64,000 bases of DNA, from NCBI GenBank assembly GCA_000002445.1, contig CP000070.1, positions 128,001-192,000 of the forward strand, written 5' to 3'. Both the position numbers and the translations under genes were made by a program. Positions within the stretch are counted from its first letter, which is position 1. Every line of letters begins with the position of its first letter. This DNA comes from Trypanosoma brucei. Its lineage: Eukaryota. Shown piece by piece: positions 33,701 to 41,509 of the stretch. The notes under the pieces were generated by a model. The model was not told the origin of the DNA. It did no database searches and saw only the letters and a list, made by a program, of their open reading frames with translations.

Positions 33701-35998
33701 GGATCGGGCTAGCGTAGTTGTTTCGCCTGCTGCTCGAGAAACCTTCCTGTGTGAAAATGATCCCGCATCATGCGCACGGATCAGCTTCCTGTACGCTGAT
33801 GTGAAGTAGTGAATCATCGATGTGATATTGTCCTCACGCGGTTCATTTTCCTTCACCCCAGTACATTCCTTTTCCCCTTCACCGGCACCGGCTCCTGTAC
33901 GGGACAGCACCTTGACCCACTCGTTGAGGGATCTTTTTGTCCATTCACCTTTACCGTATTTGATCAGTGCGCGGACGATATTGAGATCAACGCGTGAAAA
34001 GTCGTTCTCAACGAAACAAAAGAAGGACTTAGTGAATACAGGACGGCACTCTTCGTCATCAGAAGAGCCCTTTAGCAGTACGTATAGCTCGTTGAATTTC
34101 TGCACCGCAAGACTTGCGTCCGCTTCGTAACGTTTCCTTGCATCATCAACTGACTTTGACGACGTTGTTACGGCTTTGTCGTGTTGACGACCACCACTCT
34201 CAGCAGTTGTCGCTTGGTTATTTGTTGGGTTGTTTCTCGGTCGAGGTCGAAGAACGGCTCGATTCACCTTCCCTTGCTGAAGTTGCTGTTGTTGCCGATC
34301 AAAATCCATAAACGCTGCCATGTTCGTCAAGGGTTGAAGGCTGAACATACCAGTCGTCGGAAGTTTCTCCAAGGGAAGTGGAACCGGCTCAAATATTAAA
34401 TCTTCCGCTTCATGACCAGAAGAGGCACTCATCTGCGCTGCCACCTGACAACACTCTCGGAGCCAACCTACCGTTACAATGCGTTCTACCGGGATTCCAT
34501 ATGTCACACTCAGGTGGTCACGCAGCTGCGCAAGCAGCATGGCTTTCTGCTTTTGGTCCTCACTTGCGACCGCAGCCATACGTGTTGCCTCTTTTATGTC
34601 TTCGTCCACCAGTTCGCTGCCTACCACGACCACATCTGTGAAGGGTGTGACAACGGGTGTGCGCAGAAAACGACAGCGTACGGCCATACGTGCACAATCC
34701 ACTAACTGCGGCGGAGTACAACCTAATAGTGATATCTGCAGGAAAGGTCGACTATGTGTAAAGAATGTTTCACAAAAGTCAAATATGTCCTTGTCACCAT
34801 TGCTCCGACTTGCCTCCAGAGAGGTAGAGCTAGTCATACAGTTTTGAAGTCGCACCTCACCGGTCATACCGCTGTTGGTTGGAATGGGATGAGGGTCAGC
34901 AACGGAAGAAAATGGATTCAGCGTTGCACCACTCGTTGAAAGGTGAAGCGGGGGCGGCGCATCCAGCACTGCGTTTTCATCCCCCATTGGAAAACCCGTT
35001 GCACAGCACTCACTTCCAGTGTGCGAAGTATTCCATGTTCCAAACAACTTCTGCGAAGTGCTCAAATGATGGCTACCCGTTGCTTGTCTTTCGGGGGACA
35101 CTATTCTGATTGCACGCTGCGAATCATCACTAGACAAAGCACTATTGCATTCATCGCGGGCCCTCTTCCTGTACGGTTTGTTGTCGATATCCACCACTAC
35201 ATGTCCCGCGACGGATGTTGCTGCATTCCCTACGGAACCGGCAACCTGCGTATGCGGCACCACACCACCAACAACAGAGCTTGGTAGTGCACAAAGTTCG
35301 GCGATCGTCTCGAAGTCAGTACGAGATAAGCCAGCATCGCAACCGTTGGAGTTTCCACCCAAACAGGTGCTTTGCAGTGCAGCCAATGAAAGGAAACGCG
35401 TGTGCTCTACAACAGGGATATTGGTGGCCCATGCAAAACGAATTTTTTCTGGGAGAATCGGTCCGGCCGCAGCACCGTCACGCATTGCTGTTGAGGGACG
35501 ACCGTGTTTCTGCTGTAATTGTTGGAACTGCTTCAACCAATCGGGGGAAACAAAAAGCATGGAAATACACGCCGAGAGTGTTCGACTAAAGGTTCCGCCA
35601 TTACTTTCGATGATAGAAGTGAGAGCTCTTTCCTCGTCCACAGTCAACTGCGTTGCGCAGAAAACATAACCATGAAGAAGAGGCACACGACAGTCACTAA
35701 TGGGAAGGCGGCCATGTGATTCCAACCACCGCAATGACACGACAGGTATCGACTGCTGCTCCGCTACAAGGCGTTTACGAGTAAGTCCTCGCCCAGCGAC
35801 AAGAATGGTTGTCCGTTTTGTGATGCGCGTCTGCGTTTTTGCCCCAAGCGAAGAAGCGAGATTCGTTACCTGGCGAAGTGACACTGCCCCACTCATCTCC
35901 CCGTTTGCGGGTGCCGCTGTTACAGTACTAACTGCATCGTCCTCGTCGACTTCATCGGAGAATCCAGAGAAACACACATAGTGACCAGAGAGAGCCAT
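30785..35998 (-). CDS. Large (about 1738 aa) BRCT-domain protein with BRCT domains at both the N- and C-terminus; a putative DNA-damage/replication scaffold
   Basis: N-terminal BRCT: MALSGHYVCFSGFSDEVDEDD...ITKRTTILVAGRGLTRKRLVAEQQSIPVVSLRWLESH. C-terminal BRCT-like: VQLVHGTREADILVTHQLTQRESVLAAIAAGLWVVTPKILEDC. I favour the start at 35998 (ATG verified) over the track start at 36163, because the polyY tract (36112-36150) lies between the two ATGs. Confidence 0.7.
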   Translation of the reverse strand: MALSGHYVCFSGFSDEVDEDDAVSTVTAAPANGEMSGAVSLRQVTNLASSLGAKTQTRITKRTTILVAGRGLTRKRLVAEQQSIPVVSLRWLESHGRLPISDCRVPLLHGYVFCATQLTVDEERALTSIIESNGGTFSRTLSACISMLFVSPDWLKQFQQLQQKHGRPSTAMRDGAAAGPILPEKIRFAWATNIPVVEHTRFLSLAALQSTCLGGNSNGCDAGLSRTDFETIAELCALPSSVVGGVVPHTQVAGSVGNAATSVAGHVVVDIDNKPYRKRARDECNSALSSDDSQRAIRIVSPERQATGSHHLSTSQKLFGTWNTSHTGSECCATGFPMGDENAVLDAPPPLHLSTSGATLNPFSSVADPHPIPTNSGMTGEVRLQNCMTSSTSLEASRSNGDKDIFDFCETFFTHSRPFLQISLLGCTPPQLVDCARMAVRCRFLRTPVVTPFTDVVVVGSELVDEDIKEATRMAAVASEDQKQKAMLLAQLRDHLSVTYGIPVERIVTVGWLRECCQVAAQMSASSGHEAEDLIFEPVPLPLEKLPTTGMFSLQPLTNMAAFMDFDRQQQQLQQGKVNRAVLRPRPRNNPTNNQATTAESGGRQHDKAVTTSSKSVDDARKRYEADASLAVQKFNELYVLLKGSSDDEECRPVFTKSFFCFVENDFSRVDLNIVRALIKYGKGEWTKRSLNEWVKVLSRTGAGAGEGEKECTGVKENEPREDNITSMIHYFTSAYRKLIRAHDAGSFSHRKVSRAAGETTTLARSDKPGNVDTPSNGTRPAGPFHHVFYVVPHGNQKPSDVLLLGRNQRQADTAPARHPFRFLPSVTQDYILCSLAARHLLQPKSCFLFYRSTPTEAERLARQQLLRRGDVTTKGGMPLAPSPWLGRRRNEKAPLIGVTVYFLCLMPSKSGQQGCVIDDQGFETLTALRRVLLNCLGAAVSELCGHRAEKLVLEAVTHVVLVDVATIFLSKIPQVVDEVAVGGSSAVSDIRCCFRTGDVDERKSMDALLSRGSTWPCEVHQELLPQRLVQYAASDRVSLVGLEWLEASVAWGTFLDEKPFALPTTLTRQQPHKENRAVEGETVIGGPLVYSAVTPPATPVRETDVTLLPFSSATCHSPVFQSPQLAVNYQFDFTTPGATPARATLRTPGQQRASTPRFASPSAHVKAALVGDEETFPPIGFLCGLSRGKSNTPARLEENMADNSPSSANACTPVRRTLLLGDVSDDEENELKAADSHLLRAGDENRHNKPCDGGSVVDHGPLTSVGRKYSREVQEMPQLWDPEGSRSSDAVIDKRLALPSAAAGVVSKQRSKIIFDAPRIYIPHDVPGKDCFVAFCDELNSRAPRRNCDGDQDEAADIMGPACPQQQHLHCASETAKVISRVQLVHGTREADILVTHQLTQRESVLAAIAAGLWVVTPKILEDCENRQCFGPLHDLSMHEWTPELLPPDAPRCTRQLAMQCRNRRLQRQATGKLLFENKYFILVIVAADASPAVTARAHSMRNVLETGGGVVEWAMCWKIGNEGTAALQLGESGSEGKKLHGPNEVTGLKKCHIPPRKSPNTLLDFVLVQIKGTEEAVVGGVGCGNVFPTKEIILLIDEPHQEDALVGEIRGGIVKVFQNAKEQLVRAKQEAQGKMRGELQQVAQKSESRSTAVGVDPFQQSIKCDGQSTRVAGGKDAWKIAGGCGSSGDSDSNMSGSVIRGMPHVGVLSVFKSDWVTLSIQQRRKAPLCTVNISL

Positions 35999-36111
35999 GT
36001 AAAATTGTCTATGGCCCTTCTCCGCTTTATGTTCTCCCCTGTCCTCCTTTTGATTTTGTTTTATTTTTTGGCAGGTGTCCTTTGGCCCTGAACAAGCACA
36101 CGCGCGACTTT

Positions 36112-36150
36112 GCGAGAAAAAAATTAAGAAAGAAGGATTGCTGAAGCGAT
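36112..36150 (-). promoter_or_regulatory. Polypyrimidine tract (minus strand) between the two candidate ATGs of the BRCT gene; it favours the ATG at 35998 as the start
   Basis: Purine-rich plus strand: gcgagaaaaaaattaagaaagaaggattgctgaagcga. Confidence 0.4.
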
Positions 36151-36529
36151 GCGGTTCCCCCATGTGCGAATAAAGTTATGTTACTCAACGTAAAAGATGA
36201 TAGAGACGATCATATCACGCTGCAGTTGAAACTGTTCGCAGGTGGGTCATACTTAACAAATTTCATCAATAAACAAAAGCTGGGGGTTTTATTATTATTA
36301 TGGAAAATTGAAAAGAAAACGTAAACAAATCGCGTGAAAGGAGGGCCTCTCGGATAACGGAACGTAGCACGCCTGGAAGAAAGGATTAGCCTCTCCTTGT
36401 CCACATGCACGGACATTTTTCTAATAAACGTGTATGATCACCCCCCCCCCTCGTTGCTGTTGGAGCTTATTGTTGGAAGGGATGGGAGGGGGGTCTCGCT
36501 CTTCCCATCAATCTATTCATACACCTCTA

Positions 36530-38356
36530 TCAGTTTCTCGGTGGGATAAATATATCACCGTCGTCATCCTCGTCGTCACTACCGGTGAAATTGGTCACAC
36601 TTACGTCTCGCCACATCTCAGGATCACTGATGCCTTCGTGAGAGGTGTTTGAAGTAAAGGCCCGCGGTGCATCATTCCCGGAAGCACGTCGATTGTTGTT
36701 GGTTCCATTAGCCACCGCCTCGTTGCTGTCTTCTTCACCAGTTTCTGAACTTGTCAGCTCAGCATCGTCGTTGATGTTTCCAACATTGTCATTATCAATA
36801 AAGATTCGATTATCCCGCCCTTGATCGTTGTAACGTTCCACATGTGCTCCAGAAGCCGAGAGTCTGACCGTTTCGGACGCTCCTAAGCCCCCGTGAGCGG
36901 CGAGCCCCAGTGTTTCACGGAACTCCCGGAGGCGCCTCATGTGTTGGTCTCTCTCCTCTTGTTTCATCAGTAATAGCTCCTTTTTTTCGGCCTCATCTCC
37001 TCCACGGGCCCACGCCGTTACAAGGCGCCGCTCACCGTCGAAAACTGGTCGGTCATCCAGATGAAACAATTTGCTGCAGCGCGCGAGTACGGTCTTTCGA
37101 TACCGCGGAATGGTTCTCACGAGGGGATTACCAGACAGCTTCAAGGCCCTCAGACGATACATTCGCTCCAATACGAGAAGAACTGCCTCACCATCGGCAA
37201 GTTGGTTGTTGCTGAGGTCCAGTACCGAAAGGTTCTTGTAGCACAGTAGCTGAATTATGTCGTTCGCTGCGGTGAGATAATTACAAGCTAGATTTAGTGT
37301 ACGGAGGGAACTACAGGGAGTGCGATACTCGTCAGGGACCTCACTAAGAGGTTTGCCATCTTCTAGCGGATCCAGTGGTTTATGCGGACAGAAGGAGGCA
37401 TATGCATCCAATCGTTTGCACCATGCCTCCAAGTTCCCATCCCTCCCGGGGTCATTAACTGCGTTTCCGACATCACAACCGTCACCGCTAACCTTTTCAT
37501 TGATATGTATCCCTTCTTCTTGCGTTACTTCTGGACTGCCGGTGGCATCCTCGGTTATCTCGTCGGATTGCTGCTGCAACAACTTCCCCCCGGTGGGAGA
37601 ACTATTCAGTTCGCGCTGCATGCTCTTGGAGTTGGCCACAATAGCATTAGCCTTCGTGGTCAGCTCCTCCTCGTATTGCGCAGCCTTTTTATCGAAAGGC
37701 GCACAGGAGACTTCGACAGAGCGAATACAGTTGCTGGATAAGTTAACGGAGTCCAGAAACTGAAACGAACTTAAGTCTGGCATACGTCGCAATGCGTTGT
37801 TATGCAAATACAACTGGCGCAGCGTCGGGTAGAGAGATTGAAACACGTCCTTGGTGGCCCTTCCCGCGTTACATGACGACTTGGTGGCAGTCGACTTAAA
37901 AGCAAGCGCCGCGGCGCCATCGGTTTTACTATTTATACCATATTCTGCCGACCTCACGCACCCTGCAGCACCCGAGGAATCCACCTGAGATCTTTCCAAC
38001 CAGTCCGCACAGCAATCCAAGTGGGCACTTTTGGACATAACCTGTGTCGTGTCAGTAGCGCTCGCTTCCGTATACGCGTTCACCTCTTCTTCAGTTCCTG
38101 CACCCTGCCCCTCCGCCTGCACATTGCATGGTTGGCTATCTTTCCCGCAATGAATAACAGTGAAGGCATTGCCCTCCAACCAAAGCACCTTCACATCCGT
38201 GTAAGGATCAAAGGCACCCTCTTCAATACTATCAAATCCCTTATTGTGCAGGTAAAGCTTTTCATTACATACTGGGTTGCGGTAAAATCCAGTCTTGACA
38301 CAAATGCGCTTTATGACATCGGTTGTGATGGTCGTGGAGAGTGAATTTTCCGTCAT
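36530..38356 (-). CDS. DNAAF1: Dynein axonemal assembly factor 1 (DNAAF1/LRRC50/ODA7) homologue; a leucine-rich-repeat protein
   Basis: The ORF-track start at 38401 is TTG; the first ATG is at 38356 (MTENSLST...). N-terminal LYLHNKGFDSIEEGAF...VLWLEGNAF and LRR block ...LDLSNNQLADGEAVLLVLERMYRLRALKLSGNPLVRTIPRYRKTVLARCSKLFHLDDRPVF...AWARGGDEAEKKE are collinear with human DNAAF1 (...LDLSHNKLSD...LNLMGNPV...YRRTV...LDDRPVF...AWARGG..AEKEE). Confidence 0.8.
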   Translation of the reverse strand: MTENSLSTTITTDVIKRICVKTGFYRNPVCNEKLYLHNKGFDSIEEGAFDPYTDVKVLWLEGNAFTVIHCGKDSQPCNVQAEGQGAGTEEEVNAYTEASATDTTQVMSKSAHLDCCADWLERSQVDSSGAAGCVRSAEYGINSKTDGAAALAFKSTATKSSCNAGRATKDVFQSLYPTLRQLYLHNNALRRMPDLSSFQFLDSVNLSSNCIRSVEVSCAPFDKKAAQYEEELTTKANAIVANSKSMQRELNSSPTGGKLLQQQSDEITEDATGSPEVTQEEGIHINEKVSGDGCDVGNAVNDPGRDGNLEAWCKRLDAYASFCPHKPLDPLEDGKPLSEVPDEYRTPCSSLRTLNLACNYLTAANDIIQLLCYKNLSVLDLSNNQLADGEAVLLVLERMYRLRALKLSGNPLVRTIPRYRKTVLARCSKLFHLDDRPVFDGERRLVTAWARGGDEAEKKELLLMKQEERDQHMRRLREFRETLGLAAHGGLGASETVRLSASGAHVERYNDQGRDNRIFIDNDNVGNINDDAELTSSETGEEDSNEAVANGTNNNRRASGNDAPRAFTSNTSHEGISDPEMWRDVSVTNFTGSDDEDDDGDIFIPPRN

Positions 38357-39244
38357 ACTTCGGTTGCTCTTCCAACCGATGGCAAGGTTGTTAGGCTCCA
38401 ACGGGAAGATGCACTCTTCCTATCACCCACTCCCCCTATATGTAGCGGCCGCTCCTTCACACTCGGTGAATGAAGAAAGCAGTGAATGGCTAAATAATAG
38501 TGATAATAGTCTTTCAAGTAGGTGCTAGTGATGCTATGGTAGTATCAGTACCTCAGTGTGTTAGCTTTTTTTTTAACCTTTTGGTATTGTGTGATCTAAA
38601 TGTCTTCACACTAGAGGGTTCTGCTCCCTTGTGTGTGTTTGGTCGGAGGAGCGAATCCAACGACGGTAACGCAGCAGCGGCGGAGTAACGAGGCGATAGT
38701 CAAAATAAACAAAAGCAAAATATAACGAGTGAGCAAACCACGTACCGATGCACATCTGCGCAAGTGGTGGCATAGAACGGAATTAAAAGGTGAAGTCAAA
38801 CGTCAGCGAATGGCAAGTGGCAAATGGGGAAAAGAAGAGTAACTCCCCTCGCCCTAATGTATTCGAAAACAGAAGAAGAAAAAAGGGGAAAAGAACCTCC
38901 CCTGAGGAACTCTCCGGCAGCTAACACGCGAGTCGCTTATGTCACAACGCTGTAGACCCCATGCGGAAATGCGTTTGCACCAACAACTTGTGTGTGTGAG
39001 AGAGAGGAAACATACGTGAAGTGCTCGGATATATCCCCCCGACGGTTCACCTTTAAAAGAAATGTGTGATGTTTCTAACGATAGCATACTGATATGTGAC
39101 GCGTCATGCACATGCATAGGTGATGTCCGGCCTCCAAAAATGGGTTGCTGTGCAGCTTTTGTCATGAATAAATACAAAAGAGACGCTCCCCCTAAACAAA
39201 AGATAAAACAAACGCCCCTCCCCCTGTCTTTCCCAATAGAATAC

Positions 39245-40888
39245 TTAACCACCTTCACCTCGTTTCTGCTGTTGATAATAATCTCTGAGGGAATTCATTA
39301 GAGCGTCCATGGTTTGCTTATTAGCACCTTTGTACGACTGGCCGTAAGTTATGAATATTTCAGCCAGTGCCTGCAAGGCTTCAAGTCGCTGTCGCCGCTC
39401 CTCTTCGGGTACCTGATGATCCAGTAGAAGAGACGTTGCCACCCACCGAGCTGTGCTCTCCAATTCCTCAACGGAGGTGTACCAGGCCAAATCCACCATT
39501 GTAGCAGAATCCCTAAGAGTGTGTTGGCGGATGCGGCACAAGTGGCGCCATTTGTCAAGGCGTCGACGCATACGATGCGGCCCCGCCTCGTTTAAATACA
39601 GAGTCATTCTCTCCCTTGGTCCAGACGCTTTGCCGTACAGCACCACACGCATGTACTCATGACCCACCGCATGCAGAACCTCGCGCGCAAGACCCGTGTT
39701 AAGTAACCGTTGCAAGCGTCCCTTGAGTTCCTGAAGCGCAGGCGCGCCCTTGCTGTCCTTCTCGCTCCGTAGAGGTTGCAAGTAAACGCTAAGCAACTCA
39801 TCGCGACACCGTTCCAGCGTGCGCTGCCTGAAAATAGCAAGCTCTTCCTGTGTCCAGTCAAGTCCATCAATTACACGTTGCGAAAAGCTCCCTGTCTTAA
39901 CGTCACCCACTATGGCATACAGAGCGTCACCACCAAATAGGGCCCGAACAGCACCACGCTTCTTCTTACCTATGTCCTCTACCCCACTTCTCCCACCCAT
40001 ATCATACTTACGGCGCTTCTCCGCGTTACCAAGAACACGGTATGCTTTGGTTAAAACGTCAAACTGAGACGCTGCTGATTGGCTTGGATTCCTGTCAGGG
40101 TGAATTTCAAGAGCAAGACGATTGTAAGCCTCTTTGATTTGCTGCGGTGTTGCGTCCCGTGTAACACCTAGAATTGCATAGTAATCGTCACCTTCACTAG
40201 GGTGTGTACCTCCCTTTCGTTCATACCCTACATCTCGCTTGCCCCGGCGCTTGCGACGCGTTTCCCGCTTCATTGCCCGCTCGAACAGTTTTTCCGGTGG
40301 TGCCTGAAGTGAGAGAAGTGGATGGGAATTGCCAACAACACCAGAGGGGTACTCATATCTGCAGGAGAGTTCATTCCAGCAGCAACCTGGGCAAAACAGG
40401 TAAAATATGGGCGCCCTCAACGTGTGAACGCCGCATAGCAGCATCTGTTGCACAGCCGCGTACCATGCAATGGCCATAAAAACAGCTCCCCAGAACAACC
40501 CAACACCTGGGGCAATGACTAAAGCCGCTGGTCTCAAGCCTCGCAACCGTATCGCCTCAAGGGATACGGAAAGCGCCAGTAACGGCGAAACGAGAAAAGA
40601 AAGCGTTATATTAAGGGCAGCCCCACCCACAGCCCTCACTATATTCCTCGTTGGGCGTGTTGAAAGGATCACACGCCCCTCATCACCTTCTTCCTCACAG
40701 CGCCGCTTCAGAAATGCAACTTCCTCCTCCGTTATTAGCGTGAAAACCCTGCGATCGCCTTCTGGTCGGACAAAGGAGGAAAGCCACCATCCTTTACCAC
40801 TGGTGCGCCGTGCTTGGAGCGGGATGTGTTGCGTCACCGCGGTCAACTGCTGAAGAATGAGCCGCCTGGCTGTTAGTCCACTTGACAT
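39245..40888 (-). CDS. Membrane J-protein: N-terminal transmembrane helices, a DnaJ (J) domain and a C-terminal DnaJ-X domain
   Basis: ATG verified. J domain DYYAILGVTRDATPQQIKEAYNRLALEIHPDRNP...LTKAYRVLGNAEKRRKYD (HPD). DnaJ-X-like start RALFGGDALYAIVGDVK. Hydrophobic helices upstream (LVIAPGVGLFWGAVFMAIAWYAAV). Confidence 0.8.
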   Translation of the reverse strand: MSSGLTARRLILQQLTAVTQHIPLQARRTSGKGWWLSSFVRPEGDRRVFTLITEEEVAFLKRRCEEEGDEGRVILSTRPTRNIVRAVGGAALNITLSFLVSPLLALSVSLEAIRLRGLRPAALVIAPGVGLFWGAVFMAIAWYAAVQQMLLCGVHTLRAPIFYLFCPGCCWNELSCRYEYPSGVVGNSHPLLSLQAPPEKLFERAMKRETRRKRRGKRDVGYERKGGTHPSEGDDYYAILGVTRDATPQQIKEAYNRLALEIHPDRNPSQSAASQFDVLTKAYRVLGNAEKRRKYDMGGRSGVEDIGKKKRGAVRALFGGDALYAIVGDVKTGSFSQRVIDGLDWTQEELAIFRQRTLERCRDELLSVYLQPLRSEKDSKGAPALQELKGRLQRLLNTGLAREVLHAVGHEYMRVVLYGKASGPRERMTLYLNEAGPHRMRRRLDKWRHLCRIRQHTLRDSATMVDLAWYTSVEELESTARWVATSLLLDHQVPEEERRQRLEALQALAEIFITYGQSYKGANKQTMDALMNSLRDYYQQQKRGEGG

Positions 40889-41509
40889 GTACCCTAAACC
40901 TTTCCATCACCAGAGTCAAAAAGCAGAAGATAAACGTGTTAACCCTGACAACTTCCACTGCTCTAAAACAATAAATGAACAAACAAGGCAACAATGTGAA
41001 ACGCAACACAGTGGAGTTATTAGAAAATGGGAACAATCGTTTATTAGTCCGAAACGATTCCTACAGCGCACAAAGATTTCTTTCTTGGTGCTTTTAATGG
41101 TACTGCGGATAATTTCCATGCCTTCAGGTATGTAATATGGGTTCATTTCGAAAGAAAAAAAAGATAAACGCACGTGAGCGACACATGTGTATCTATAAAT
41201 GTATACATGTTGATCAAAGTGACGACATGACGATTGTATAAAACACAAATCTATATCTATGTGGTTGGTTTAAATGAAATCTCGCCTCAAACCCATGTAA
41301 ACGCAGGTTTGTAGGTACAAGAGTTCACGTGCAATTTAAAACAATATGTTGCTTCTATTGCTACATTGTCATGTCTAATTATATCTAGAATACGTTTGAC
41401 AAAGAGAGTTTTAAAGAAAAAAAAAAGAAAACTTTTTCTCTACAGAAACCGCAAAATCGTCCAAGCGGTGGTGGTAGTGCACTTATGGTCCTGCGCATAA
41501 AACTTGTTC

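Noticed and set aside
36000-36163. N-terminal 55-aa extension of the BRCT protein (track start MGEPHRF... at 36163)
   Set aside because: A polypyrimidine tract lies downstream of that ATG, so the trans-splice site probably removes it. The conserved BRCT fold begins right at the second ATG (35998).
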